Assembly (NCBI GenBank): GCA_035327825.1
Contig: DAOLCO010000015.1
Coordinates: 586 to 64,585, forward strand
Source of the DNA: Oligoflexia bacterium
GTDB lineage: Bacteria; Bdellovibrionota_C; UBA2361; SZUA-149; DAOLCO01
Direction of reading: 5' to 3'
Length of the DNA: 64,000 nucleotides
Under the pieces are notes generated by a model. It searched no databases. It saw only the letters and a list, made by a program, of their open reading frames with translations, and was not told the DNA's origin. Both the position numbers and the translations under genes were made by a program. Positions 54,181 through 64,000 of this stretch are shown piece after piece. Every line of letters begins with the position of its first letter. Position 1 is the stretch's first letter.

Positions 54181-54930
54181 TTAACCAAAATACTTTCCGA
54201 CAAGCTCCAGATAACTTTTCATCTGATGATAGATATCTTCCCCTGCATCTCTCGCAATCTCTCCACGCATCAGAAAGCCCCCAATTGAAAGAGATAGCTT
54301 AAAACGAAAATCAACTGTTGGAACCTTGCACCATTTAGCAATTCGGGAACGAAATTGATACCTCTCAAAACCAATAAATAAAGACTCAAATTCAAAAGCA
54401 GGATTCCGAAGAATTTCAATTGGAGAAACATTAGGGGCGTTTTCTTTTATAAATGGAGATAGATCTTTGTGCAGATTGTGAACAACCCGGTATCCATTAC
54501 CAATGACTGCCCGATATTCAGAAAATGACGTTGCAAGAGAATACTGAATTATATGCTGACTAGTGAGAGAATTATCATCCTCAAAACTGGAAGTATCTGG
54601 TGAATCTTGCCCTCTTAGATTATGATGATTATCATCGCCGGAGACATGTCCGCTTAAACGAAATAAATCCTGTTTCCGAACTCTATCACCAGACCGGTAC
54701 TCATCAAGCCCCCTTATATCTAGAATCATTCCTTCATCTGAAGATTCCATGTTTTTTGAAGTCGCAGCACCTTCCTTAATAAAAGGCAAAGTGAGAGCCA
54801 TCTTTTCACATAAGAATTCGGCGAAGGGCCTGCATGACTTTGAGTCTATCTCACCTTCTAACTGAGAGATATTTTCCCTGAATATCCAATAACCTTTCGA
54901 ATAATGAGTTAGCCGCAAGTTATTTGGCAT
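54181..54930 (-). CDS. hypothetical protein
   Basis: 249-aa ORF immediately downstream of ppiD with no recognisable motif. Confidence 0.4.
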   Translation of the reverse strand: MPNNLRLTHYSKGYWIFRENISQLEGEIDSKSCRPFAEFLCEKMALTLPFIKEGAATSKNMESSDEGMILDIRGLDEYRSGDRVRKQDLFRLSGHVSGDDNHHNLRGQDSPDTSSFEDDNSLTSQHIIQYSLATSFSEYRAVIGNGYRVVHNLHKDLSPFIKENAPNVSPIEILRNPAFEFESLFIGFERYQFRSRIAKWCKVPTVDFRFKLSLSIGGFLMRGEIARDAGEDIYHQMKSYLELVGKYFG

Positions 54931-54948
54931 GAAAATTTAAATAGAAAA

Positions 54949-56973
54949 TTAATTTAGATAGTCCGTATTAATCTGAACATTATTTTCCAACTTAAGGCGA
55001 GTCAGAAGAACTTGCCTGATATTGTTCTTTATTCTGGAACGTTCTGACGCCATAAAAGATGAAAGAGCATTTTTTGATTTACCAGCAGACTCATCTTCCT
55101 TATTTTTGACATTTAGATTGTCTGATTCCACGATATCCATAAAAACAAATTTCGAAAGAGCAGCAACATAAATTGCACCATCTGAACCCTTGTAAGGGCG
55201 AGACAATAATCCCTTGGTAAAAAGCTCGGCCATCAAACGCTGTTTTTCCGTTGGATCAGTTGCAAATGGCAGGGCGATAGAATCCTTTTCTAATGATTTT
55301 AATTGTGTAAAACTGATACCAAACTCACTTTCCAGACTACTGATATTATCTTCAGTAACAGAGATGTGCCCGTCCTGATACATTGGGGAAATTTTATCAA
55401 TTACGCTCTTTGCGAGATCCCCTGCCTTCTTTTCCAATTCCTTACTTTTTAATACTTCAACAATAACATCCCGAACCTCATCAACAGGCTTTGGGCTGGC
55501 AGGTACTACTTTTTTAATAAAAACAAGAACAGGAGTTCCTCCATCTCTGAAAACCCGGAGGGCACCCTCTGGCATTTCCAGAATATCCGGTATAATCGCA
55601 GATGGAACATAGGTACTTCCACCTTGCAAGGAAATTGGAACCTCAGAATCAATAAACTCCACAGCTACACCATCTGATTTCATGTTATCAGACTCCGTCC
55701 TAATGGCTCCTTCCTGCTTGTCTTTTTCCTTACCAAGAACTCGAGCCATAAAGTCTTCAGCTGCAATCTGAGCAAACTCAGGACCAACCTCACGGCGAAT
55801 AGAATCCTCTAGCAATGTTCTGACCTCTTCAATCGGTTTTACAAAGGAATCGCGCTTTTCAAGAACTCTGAGAACCTGAAACTGATCATCAGATTCAATA
55901 ACTGGAGAAACCATACCAATGCTTAGACCATCAAGTGCCAATCTTATATCACGAGGCATGTTATCTATGACTTGCATACTCTCGTCTTCTGAAAAAAATC
56001 CCCCACTTTCAACTGCAATATTACGAATTGTTTCAGGATTAGTTTCTATTTGAGACCTCACATATTCCACAAGAGTACGTACCTTTTCGGTGTCTAAAGC
56101 ATCATCCTTATCCTTGCGTTCACCATCAAAAATGGAACTTACTCCAGTACCCGCTTTTGGAAACCATATCTTTTGAAGTCTTGCTTCAGCAGGGACAGTA
56201 AACTCACGAGAGCGGTTCTTGTAAGCATCCATTATTTCTTCTTCATGAACTATAACTCGAGAATAAAAAGCAGAAACAGGAAATCTAACAATCAATGGAT
56301 AAGATTCAAGCGGACTAAAGAACTGCCCACTGTTAGAATCATAGTACCTTTTTATTTCATCCTCATTTGGAACAGGTAAAGATTTTGGATCAGGTGAAAT
56401 CTTGGCATACAAAAGGCTAACTTCAGGTTTTGATAACATAAACCTTATCCTACTTTCTTCTTCTGGTAAATTAGTTGCTATATCAAAAAGAGAACTTACC
56501 TGCTCCTCCCTGATCTGATCTCTGACTTTTGATTCAAACTCATTCTCGGTTAAACCCTGCATACGAAGAAATGCTTCAAATGATTTTCTATCAACTCCAC
56601 CCGCAAACATCGGAAGAGTGCTTGCATATTGCTCAATATGACGAAGACCAACTTCAAAACCTAGCTGATCTGATAAAATATCCAAAAGCTCCCGATCAAC
56701 AAGATCATCCAGAACGCGTTGCTTGATATTTATCATTGAAGCAAGCATCTCATACTGTTCACCAAATTGCTGACGAAGCATATTATCAACACGCGAAAGC
56801 TCAGCGTAATAAGATTTGGCAGATATCTCCCTGTCACCGACCTTGGCAACATAAGAAAGGCCACTGCCTTTACCAAAAAATTCCGAACCAAAAGGCAGCA
56901 TCAATAAAACGCATAGACCTACCAGGATAAATCCAACCAACCCTCGTCGGTTATTTCTGAAAAAAGAAATCAT
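54949..56973 (-). CDS. ppiD: periplasmic chaperone PpiD-like (membrane-anchored SurA/PPIase-family protein)
   Basis: 674 aa. N-terminal anchor MISFFRNNRRGLVGFILVGLCVLLMLPF, SurA-N-like chaperone region, parvulin-like segment. Size and topology are typical of PpiD. Confidence 0.7.
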   Translation of the reverse strand: MISFFRNNRRGLVGFILVGLCVLLMLPFGSEFFGKGSGLSYVAKVGDREISAKSYYAELSRVDNMLRQQFGEQYEMLASMINIKQRVLDDLVDRELLDILSDQLGFEVGLRHIEQYASTLPMFAGGVDRKSFEAFLRMQGLTENEFESKVRDQIREEQVSSLFDIATNLPEEESRIRFMLSKPEVSLLYAKISPDPKSLPVPNEDEIKRYYDSNSGQFFSPLESYPLIVRFPVSAFYSRVIVHEEEIMDAYKNRSREFTVPAEARLQKIWFPKAGTGVSSIFDGERKDKDDALDTEKVRTLVEYVRSQIETNPETIRNIAVESGGFFSEDESMQVIDNMPRDIRLALDGLSIGMVSPVIESDDQFQVLRVLEKRDSFVKPIEEVRTLLEDSIRREVGPEFAQIAAEDFMARVLGKEKDKQEGAIRTESDNMKSDGVAVEFIDSEVPISLQGGSTYVPSAIIPDILEMPEGALRVFRDGGTPVLVFIKKVVPASPKPVDEVRDVIVEVLKSKELEKKAGDLAKSVIDKISPMYQDGHISVTEDNISSLESEFGISFTQLKSLEKDSIALPFATDPTEKQRLMAELFTKGLLSRPYKGSDGAIYVAALSKFVFMDIVESDNLNVKNKEDESAGKSKNALSSFMASERSRIKNNIRQVLLTRLKLENNVQINTDYLN

Positions 56974-57071
56974 AAAAAAACAAGGTCCTAAAAATTGACT
57001 AAACGAATAATCTGGAGCAAGAATCTAACACTCGTTAAAGATTAGCTCAACAAAGATGACAAACGATTAAA

Positions 57072-57416
57072 ATGACCTCTGATATAGCCACAATCTTCCT
57101 AAAGTTACCAACAAGCAGTATTGTATTTCTTAAATTTCTGCTTGAATCCTATGAAGGTATAGCAGAACTTAGAACCCTGAAAATAGGAGTTAAAGAATCT
57201 AATAAGGCCTCTAAAAAGGGTCAAAAAACTGAAGCTCCTGAATCAATACCAGAAATCCCTGATGGTATTGCAATAGTCGTTGTCATGGCAACCCCGGACA
57301 CTCTTTTTGTTGTAAGACGCATGCTTTTATCAGAACAAAAGCAACTAGAGTGGGAAGAAATAAAAAAACCAGTTGATCTTTCTGGTGACTGGCTGCTAAA
57401 GAGTACCGTCGAGTAA
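57072..57416 (+). CDS. small hypothetical protein (possibly DUF4911-like)
   Basis: 114 aa. ..IVFLKFLLESYEGIAELRTL.. resembles the DUF4911 signature. Lone plus-strand gene between two minus-strand genes. Confidence 0.4.
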   Translation: MTSDIATIFLKLPTSSIVFLKFLLESYEGIAELRTLKIGVKESNKASKKGQKTEAPESIPEIPDGIAIVVVMATPDTLFVVRRMLLSEQKQLEWEEIKKPVDLSGDWLLKSTVE

Positions 57417-57421
57417 AACTC

Positions 57422-59026
57422 TTACTCGCCAAAACCTGCCTTTCTTAGCTCCATAATCCTGTCATATGCTTTTTTTGTATCTTTAAATTTCTGAATTTCT
57501 TCGTTATCACTTGAATCTGGATGAAGGTTTTTAATTTTCTCTCTATAAGCTTTTTTTATCTCAGACTCTGTAGCAGTTTCACTTAAATTAAATATTGATA
57601 GCAAAGCCGAGTATTGATCCGGTCTGCTGCTATCTGTAGCGGCCTGATTTAACTTTTCGCTTAAACCCATTCTGCCTTTTCTGGAAGATCCTGCTTTACC
57701 GGTCCTTGCTTCAACATCAGTATACTCACCATGCCTTGTTATAAAAACTGCTAGACCTCTATATATCAGATACACCAACAACATAATAAAAGCAGAAGTA
57801 CCCAAGACAAGAGCAAATAAAGTCAAATAAATCTTTATTGGCACATGGCCACTACCAAGCATGGCAAATTGACTTTGACGTGGCAGGGAAAGAAAATGAC
57901 CAAGAGTGAAAAAATTAGTGCGAAGTTCAGCAAGTCCAGGGTCTACAGAACCAGCAAGGGCGGATACCAATTCAGTGACTACCTCCTCTGGCGCAACCAG
58001 GTTATTAAGATAAGAGAGCATATTACTTGTCTCTACAGCATCACCGGCGTCAACAGCTCGAAGACCGCGAGCTAAAAGATAATCAATAATAGCTTTACGA
58101 CAAATCTTTTTGGAAGAAATAATACTTCCTGTATATTTTATTGCAAAACTATCAGAAGGAACTCCAAGAAAAGGTATATGACCTATGGTACGAGAAAACT
58201 CATCACTTGACTTGCAAGGCTCACATACACCACTGCTCGCACAATCACCAAGCATCAATGAAATGGCGATTTTTTTTAACCAAATCTGATCAAAGGAATT
58301 ATCCAAGACCATTTCATCTAAGCCAAGAATTTCTGCTTTAAGAAACGCAGCTATTGCCGGGTCATTATCACGAGAAAAAGCTTCTTTCCAAAAACATCCC
58401 AACTCATTAAGTTCAAAAGCCCCTAATCCTCTTAAAATACATGTTTCTATTCTCTTGGCATTAAAAAGCGAAGTACTTGTGCTGTTTCTAAGTGGATGAG
58501 CACGAGGAAACAATGCTTCGAGCAATCGATACCCCTCCTCAACTCTGCCCAAACCCTTAGTACCCAATGCCCAGGCAGCAGCAAGCTCCGCTTCAAGCTC
58601 TACAATAAACAGACTCGCAATATCTGAAGAAACAAAACTGGCCCTTGTTTCATCTCTTATAAGATTTTCCGATCCTGCGGGGATTTTGGAACTTACCAAA
58701 TGGTAAACGGAATCTTTGCCTTCACTAACACCAACCTTACTGACAATATCATAATCCAATATAAATTTCTGAAGTTCTTTATTAATCTGAGATCCACTGT
58801 CCTGAGCTCCTCCTGAACCATGAGCACCAGAAGAATGTTCAATCTTAAAATGATTTTGAGCCGGTGGAGATTTGGCATTTTCCGAAAAAGAGTATTCAGA
58901 ACTAAGAGAAATAATCCAGAAAGTCAGTAAATAAAAAGGGGGTAATGGTAGCTCTTTATGCAAACAGGACCTAGTAACCAATGACAGTATCCTGGCTTTA
59001 ATCTGAACCATCATCCAGTACCGCAT
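57422..59026 (-). CDS. membrane-anchored J-domain protein: large N-terminal exported domain, one TM helix, C-terminal DnaJ-type J domain
   Basis: The C-terminus ..SEIKKAYREKIKNLHPDSSDNEEIQKFKDTKKAYDRIMELRK carries the HPD tripeptide of J domains. The TM helix is IKIYLTLFALVLGTSAFIMLLVYLIY. The start overlaps the DUF1573 gene end by 29 nt, so the true start is probably internal. Confidence 0.65.
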   Translation of the reverse strand: MRYWMMVQIKARILSLVTRSCLHKELPLPPFYLLTFWIISLSSEYSFSENAKSPPAQNHFKIEHSSGAHGSGGAQDSGSQINKELQKFILDYDIVSKVGVSEGKDSVYHLVSSKIPAGSENLIRDETRASFVSSDIASLFIVELEAELAAAWALGTKGLGRVEEGYRLLEALFPRAHPLRNSTSTSLFNAKRIETCILRGLGAFELNELGCFWKEAFSRDNDPAIAAFLKAEILGLDEMVLDNSFDQIWLKKIAISLMLGDCASSGVCEPCKSSDEFSRTIGHIPFLGVPSDSFAIKYTGSIISSKKICRKAIIDYLLARGLRAVDAGDAVETSNMLSYLNNLVAPEEVVTELVSALAGSVDPGLAELRTNFFTLGHFLSLPRQSQFAMLGSGHVPIKIYLTLFALVLGTSAFIMLLVYLIYRGLAVFITRHGEYTDVEARTGKAGSSRKGRMGLSEKLNQAATDSSRPDQYSALLSIFNLSETATESEIKKAYREKIKNLHPDSSDNEEIQKFKDTKKAYDRIMELRKAGFGE

Positions 59027-60251
59027 AAACTGGGATTTCCATTGTGCGTTGACCTGGGTCAGAATGATTAATTTCGACCTTTATTACTGATCTTTCCACG
59101 CCCTTATTGCCAGACACAAGACGCACGAGAATCCTTGCAATTGGAGATCGATTACCTTGGGAATCGTAATTGGCGCCATATTCATTAGAACCAACTATCT
59201 CCGCTGAAACAGCACTTGAAGAACTAGCAACGCTCTTGATCGACACAGTTTCATCCGCGCTAAAATTTCTAAAAACCATAATTTCCTGTGCTGGAGGTTC
59301 GGAGAGTGGTATTCTGACGTAACCAAAATTAATGGCTTTTGGTTCGAAACCAAGATCACCAACGACATCCGCAATAACAGGAATATTTATAACTGGAACT
59401 CTTGGGTTGGAAGTTCTCACTACGGCACGAGTTCGAAGACGTCCGAGCGGTGCGTTTTGCGTACCTAAGAGAACTCTTATTCCTACCTCACTTGGACCAC
59501 GCTCTTTAGATTCAACCTTCATGAATTCAGATTTGCTTATAACATCTTTGAAAAGTAATTGGGGAGCTGCTTTTGAATTAGCAGAACCAGAATCATTAAT
59601 AGACTGCCCAACTGATTTTACAACAAAGGACAACTCTTTTACTTCTCCCTTTCTGATCTCTCCGAAGTCAATCCTGTCTGGATCAGCTACTATTTCGGGC
59701 ACTATATTTGCCTTTACAAGCAGCACTGCGGAAGATTTATGTGGGTCATTTGAGTAAACCCTTACGGTTTTTGATTTTTGACCAACAAAACCGGCCGTAT
59801 TGAAGGTTACTCGCACGGCACTTCTCATTCCGGGCTTCAATACCGGATCCTCAAGTACGGCCGCAGTGCACCCACAAGAAGGATTTAGCTTTCTTATTAT
59901 GAGATCAACCTTGCCCACATTTTTAATGCTAAAATCCTGACTAAGAACAAGCCCCTGAGCGACATCACCAAAATCATGTTCAAGTTTTTCAAACTCAATA
60001 GCAGGAAGAAGTTGATTTGAAGGACTTCCACCACTATCAACAGCAGAATTGCGATTATTTAATTGATCATCTTCATAATCAGGATATTTGTTTTCAGCAA
60101 AAAGACTTAAATCAGCTAGGAAAAAAAATGACAATATACACAGACAATATACAAGTAATTTGTATGATCCAAATTTACATACCCGATTAGAGGATCTTTC
60201 AAATTGAAAACTTGATTTGTTCATCGATCTAGTCCGCGCCAGAAGAAACAC
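58998..60251 (-). CDS. DUF1573-domain exported protein (tandem Ig-like/PapD-like domains)
   Basis: 417 aa with a signal/anchor. A DFG..xGxxxxxxFxxxNxGxxxLxI..xxxSCGCT segment (SQDFSIKNVGKVDLIIRKLNPSCGCTAAV) is typical of DUF1573. The start overlaps the accC stop by 1 nt. Confidence 0.7.
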   Translation of the reverse strand: MFLLARTRSMNKSSFQFERSSNRVCKFGSYKLLVYCLCILSFFFLADLSLFAENKYPDYEDDQLNNRNSAVDSGGSPSNQLLPAIEFEKLEHDFGDVAQGLVLSQDFSIKNVGKVDLIIRKLNPSCGCTAAVLEDPVLKPGMRSAVRVTFNTAGFVGQKSKTVRVYSNDPHKSSAVLLVKANIVPEIVADPDRIDFGEIRKGEVKELSFVVKSVGQSINDSGSANSKAAPQLLFKDVISKSEFMKVESKERGPSEVGIRVLLGTQNAPLGRLRTRAVVRTSNPRVPVINIPVIADVVGDLGFEPKAINFGYVRIPLSEPPAQEIMVFRNFSADETVSIKSVASSSSAVSAEIVGSNEYGANYDSQGNRSPIARILVRLVSGNKGVERSVIKVEINHSDPGQRTMEIPVYAVLDDGSD

Positions 60252-61654
60252 TATTTTGCATTACCAACTAACTGTTTCGCTGTCTTTTGTTTTTCATTTT
60301 CAAAAATAACATCTAGAAGTTTTGTATGAACTCGACCTGCCGCAAATTCAGGATTTTCAAGAATTTTTATCAAGAGTGGCTGATTGGTAGTTACCCCACC
60401 AATAATACACTCACTTAGCGCTACCAGCATTTTCTGAATTGCTTCCTCGCGAGTATGGCCACGACAAATGATTTTAGCAATCAAGGAGTCATAAAAGGGA
60501 GGTATCCGGTACCTGTCATAAATGGCAGACTCAACACGAACTCCAAGACCTCCAGGCGGATGGTACCCATCAACAAGCCCGGGAGAAGGAACAAATGTGT
60601 ACGGATCTTCAGCATTAACACGCACCTCAATAGCATGTCCCCTGAAGCTTATGTCTTCCTGTTTAAAAGAGAGGGGCTGACCGGCAGCTACCCAAATCTG
60701 CTCCTTGACTATATCAGTCAAAGTAACCATTTCGGTCACAGGGTGTTCTACCTGGAGACGTGTATTCATTTCAATGAAATAAAACTTTTCTGTAGCAGGA
60801 TCGAGTAAATACTCAAGGGTTCCACAACTTGTATAACCAATGGATTTTCCAAGATGAACGGCAGACTGATGCATAGCAGCTCGTGTGGCATCAGAAAGCA
60901 TCGGAGCAGGACTTTCTTCAACCAGTTTTTGATAACGACGTTGGGTTGAGCAGTCCCTTTCGCCTAAATGTATTACGTTGTGATGAGAATCCCCTATAAT
61001 CTGAACTTCTACGTGCCTGGCCCGAGCTATAAACTTCTCAATGTACAAACTTGGATCACCAAATGCTGCCTCAACTTCTCTACTCGCCTGATCAAACAAG
61101 CGGGCGAACTCCTCAGGCTGATGCACGATCTTCATCCCACGTCCACCTCCACCAGCAACAGCCTTTATAAGCACTGGAAATCCGATCTCATGGGCGGATT
61201 GCAATGCTTCATCAACATTGGTACCCGCAGCGGCGCTACCAGGTACAACAGGAACTTCGTGTTTCATAGCAAGGCGCCTCGCAACTGCCTTATCACCCAT
61301 GAGACGCATATGCCTTTCTTTTGGACCAATAAATGTAATCCCACATTGCCCACAAATTTCAGCAAAGGCTGCATTTTCGCTCAAAAAACCATAGCCTGGA
61401 TGGATTGCCTCTGCACCAGTGGCAACTGCAGCAGATATCAGGGCAGAGATATTAAGATATGATTCAGACGCAGCTGGTGGTCCGATGCAAACACTTTCAT
61501 GGGCCAGCTTAACATGAAGAGCATCAGCATCAGCCGTTGAGTGGACGGCTACGGTCTTAACACCAAGCTCATGACATGCCCTTATAACACGAACAGCTAT
61601 TTCGCCCCGGTTGGCTATTAAAACTTTCTTAAATGGTAGTTTTCGCGTCGACAT
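60251..61654 (-). CDS. accC: acetyl-CoA carboxylase biotin carboxylase subunit
   Basis: 467 aa. ATP-grasp motifs (MKIVHQPEEF, ..EKFIARARHVEVQIIGD.., ..EMNTRLQVEHPVTE..). Confidence 0.95.
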   Translation of the reverse strand: MSTRKLPFKKVLIANRGEIAVRVIRACHELGVKTVAVHSTADADALHVKLAHESVCIGPPAASESYLNISALISAAVATGAEAIHPGYGFLSENAAFAEICGQCGITFIGPKERHMRLMGDKAVARRLAMKHEVPVVPGSAAAGTNVDEALQSAHEIGFPVLIKAVAGGGGRGMKIVHQPEEFARLFDQASREVEAAFGDPSLYIEKFIARARHVEVQIIGDSHHNVIHLGERDCSTQRRYQKLVEESPAPMLSDATRAAMHQSAVHLGKSIGYTSCGTLEYLLDPATEKFYFIEMNTRLQVEHPVTEMVTLTDIVKEQIWVAAGQPLSFKQEDISFRGHAIEVRVNAEDPYTFVPSPGLVDGYHPPGGLGVRVESAIYDRYRIPPFYDSLIAKIICRGHTREEAIQKMLVALSECIIGGVTTNQPLLIKILENPEFAAGRVHTKLLDVIFENEKQKTAKQLVGNAK

Positions 61655-61747
61655 TATTACTCAATTATAAAGGAGATACAGTATTTAAAGAAGGCATAGC
61701 AAATTTCGAGAAAATGAAGATACAAACCATGCTAAAAATATCCAGCA

Positions 61748-62392
61748 TCAAGGCAGCTCAATACGATACAAAACTTCTCCGAACTCAACCATCTGGCCAT
61801 CTTCAAGGCAGATTTCAAGAATCTTGCCACCAACCTCAGATTCAATTTCGTTCATTAGCTTCATAGCTTCAACAATACAAAGAACGTCACCTTTCTTAAC
61901 AGTATCGCCAACCTTAACATAAGGATCAGCATCAACGGCTGGACGCCTGTAAAATGTTCCAACCATGGGAGAGCGAATTTCTTTGATATTTTTACCTGAT
62001 TGCGTGCCAGCACCAGAAAGCGGACTACCCGAAGGAGAACCACCAACTATTGAAACGGGAGATGCCACAGGCCCTGCCGAATGTGGCAACTGGCTATCGG
62101 GAACGTTGGTACCGGCCACCTGTACTGGATAGCCTGCCGAAGGTACACCAGCTGAATATGGATACTGAGGAGCATGAAATGCTGGAATCATATAGTTGGG
62201 GGCTGAGGCTTGAGGCCCACGCTTGAGCCAAACTTTCTCATTTTCCCTTTCTAACTTGAACTCAGTAACTTCATGTTTCTCAAGAGTTTCAAGAAGTATT
62301 TCAATCTCTCTCAAACCTAACAACGAGTCCGACCTGGAGTCCTCTTTCATAGATTCAGCTTCCGATTTAATTTGTTTTTTGTGATTAGCCAT
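61748..62392 (-). CDS. accB: biotin carboxyl carrier protein
   Basis: 214 aa. P/A-rich linker and C-terminal biotinyl domain with ..CIVEAMKLMNEIE.. (AMKM/L biotin-lysine motif). Upstream of accC as in the accBC operon. Confidence 0.92.
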   Translation of the reverse strand: MANHKKQIKSEAESMKEDSRSDSLLGLREIEILLETLEKHEVTEFKLERENEKVWLKRGPQASAPNYMIPAFHAPQYPYSAGVPSAGYPVQVAGTNVPDSQLPHSAGPVASPVSIVGGSPSGSPLSGAGTQSGKNIKEIRSPMVGTFYRRPAVDADPYVKVGDTVKKGDVLCIVEAMKLMNEIESEVGGKILEICLEDGQMVEFGEVLYRIELP

Positions 62393-62539
62393 AAAACTAA
62401 TGTCCGATACATTACTACATTCGATAGATTAATTGATACTGGAAGATTAACAAAGAATTTTCGTTATCAAAATTACTGCCAAGTTAATGACCACCATTAA
62501 AACAGAAAAATTCCTCTTGTCTGGCAACCATGAAAAACC

Positions 62540-62557
62540 ACCGGAAATAAACCGGGC
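62540..62557 (-). terminator. hairpin terminator candidate downstream of rpmG
   Basis: CCGG-aaataaa-CCGG. The minus-strand RNA reads CCGGUUUAUUUCCGG followed by UGGUUUUUCAU, beginning 20 nt after the rpmG stop. Confidence 0.35.
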
Positions 62558-62576
62558 CGATTAGCAGTAGGCGATT

Positions 62577-62729
62577 TTATATTTTACCTTCCTTGTAAAC
62601 TACATGCTTTCTTGCTTTTGGATCGTATTTTTTTACTTCCAACTTTTCAGGTTTTTTTCGCTTGTTCTTGGTTGTAGTATAAAAATGACCTGTTCCTGCG
62701 CTGGAAACCAGTTTAATGATATCTCTCAT
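62577..62729 (-). CDS. rpmG: 50S ribosomal protein L33
   Basis: [50 protein letters not shown] (50 aa) is a typical L33. The ORF track extends 14 codons further upstream. Confidence 0.85.
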   Translation of the reverse strand: MRDIIKLVSSAGTGHFYTTTKNKRKKPEKLEVKKYDPKARKHVVYKEGKI

Positions 62730-62934
62730 GATAAATGCCCTACAAATAATTAAATAATCAACAGCCTGCAATTCAATAAATCAGTAATTAATCTCCCAGT
62801 ATCTGAAGACACAGTATATAAATACACAGAAACTGACCAAACAATTACTTGCAAGCTAAAAAATAATACGAGATGATGGGATGTACCCGCAGCTCGCTTA
62901 AATTTTGAAAGAGCCTTATAGCTCAAACTAGAGA

Positions 62935-64000
62935 ATGACGCAAAAGCTTAATAAGTCTAGATACTTTGCTATCGCCGACCTGGGAAGCGCTGCTCTAAGG
63001 ATGGATTTATTCTCATGGGCCGGTCCTGGAGAAAGTCTTGTCAGACTTGAAGACAGCAAGAGAATTCTTCCCCGACTTGGAAACCTGTCGACCTTAAAAG
63101 TTGAAAATTCCCTTATTAATCTTGTCTATGAAGAATTATCACAGTTCGGACAAAGAGTGAGTCAGTTTGAAAATGTCAAAATTAAAGCAGTAGGGACTGC
63201 TTTTCTTAGAGATGCCTCTGATACAGGATTTTTAGTAGAACGCTTTTCACGGGCACTTCAAAGTGACTTTAGGGTTCTATCTGGAGAAGAGGAAGCTTCG
63301 CTTATTGCACTTGGAGTACTTTCCTTTGAAAAATCTCTACCAGACAAGTTAATCCTACTTGATATTGGAGGAGGTAGTACCGAGGTATCACTCCTATCTA
63401 AAAATCACAAAATTCTTACTTCACAGGCTGGTGAATATACTGATCCTCTACAAAATTCTTTTTCTCCTTACAGTCTTCCAATTGGTGCTCTTGAAATTTC
63501 GAGGCTTCTATCCAATCCTAATAATCCTTCTACTGAAAGCATAGAAAGGTCAATTAACTTCATTAATAATTCTATTCGATCGAGAATACCAAATCCTGTT
63601 TCTTTTGAAACCCTTGTTGGCTCAAGTGGAACAATGCGAGCCTTTGAAAATCTCTATCGCAGATACTATCAAATTCCGAACCCTGATAAAGAAGGCAGGA
63701 TTTATGACATGAATATTGAATTCGTTGATGAGCTGATCGGTATTATCAGAAAGTCGTCAGGTAATGAGCTTGATGATTTTCTGGAGTCCGAACGTCACAG
63801 AAAAGACCTTCTTGTTGGCGGACTTCTTATACTACGAGAGGTTGCCAGGCATTTTTCAATAAGAAGTGTTCGTGTCAGCAAATTTTCACTTCGACATGGA
63901 GTTCTTGCAGAAATGCTGTCCGAGGAGATGCCAGATTACAAATCAAATCAGGAATCAAGCCTAAAGAGCAGAATACTTTGCGATAGTATTTATAAATGGA
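62935..64000 (+). CDS. ppx: Ppx/GppA-family exopolyphosphatase / guanosine pentaphosphate phosphohydrolase, 5' part; continues past the window end
   Basis: Translation from ATG 62935: MTQKLNKSRYFAIADLGSAALRMDLFSWAG...LILLDIGGGSTEVSL.., the two phosphate-binding motifs of the Ppx/GppA ASKHA fold. No stop codon before 64000. Confidence 0.75.
   Translation, partial: MTQKLNKSRYFAIADLGSAALRMDLFSWAGPGESLVRLEDSKRILPRLGNLSTLKVENSLINLVYEELSQFGQRVSQFENVKIKAVGTAFLRDASDTGFLVERFSRALQSDFRVLSGEEEASLIALGVLSFEKSLPDKLILLDIGGGSTEVSLLSKNHKILTSQAGEYTDPLQNSFSPYSLPIGALEISRLLSNPNNPSTESIERSINFINNSIRSRIPNPVSFETLVGSSGTMRAFENLYRRYYQIPNPDKEGRIYDMNIEFVDELIGIIRKSSGNELDDFLESERHRKDLLVGGLLILREVARHFSIRSVRVSKFSLRHGVLAEMLSEEMPDYKSNQESSLKSRILCDSIYKW

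Overview
AT-rich bacterial chromosomal segment carrying about 57 protein-coding genes, most of them on the minus strand. No rRNA, tRNA, CRISPR array, transposase or integrase was recognised.

Main content:
- **Housekeeping core:** thrS, dapL (LL-DAP aminotransferase route), tsaE, nnr, glmM, cdaR, cdaA, ftsH, tilS, folD, ogt, srkA, sucA, pyrD, argF, argB, alr, polX, accB, accC, rpmG and a 5' partial ppx/gppA. The ftsH-cdaA-cdaR-glmM arrangement looks like the c-di-AMP synthesis operon described in Firmicutes.
- **Flagellins:** three tandem genes of about 285 aa each at 14.0-17.2 kb. Two of them are about 99% identical at the DNA level. Their N-termini (MALTINTNIAALNAQR...) resemble Bdellovibrio-type FliC rather than spirochaete FlaB. 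The host may therefore be a low-GC Bdellovibrionota/Oligoflexia-like organism, but this is inference only.
- **Envelope/secreted proteins with eukaryote-like domains:** a collagen-like GXY repeat protein, a proline-rich protein, a thrombospondin-type-3/FG-GAP protein, a discoidin-domain polytopic membrane protein, DUF1573, DUF4105 and DUF3015 proteins.
- **O-acylation pair:** a translationally coupled MBOAT (AlgI/DltB-like) and AlgJ/SGNH-like gene pair.
- **Accessory islet at 39.2-42.0 kb (the clearest accessory region):** a roughly 790-bp ORF-free, repeat-rich spacer, a small lipoprotein, a C-terminally truncated orphan HigA-like XRE gene, and a HEPN / RHH-fused minimal-nucleotidyltransferase (HepT/MntA-type) toxin-antitoxin pair. 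A perfect 16-bp palindrome sits at the pair's promoter.
- **Other points:** a YbaK/ProX deacylase remnant with an in-frame TAG, sigma-28-like promoters with long leaders on all three flagellin genes, and a conserved CTAAGGGGCA motif. That motif links the flagellins to an upstream hypothetical-protein plus glycosyltransferase operon.
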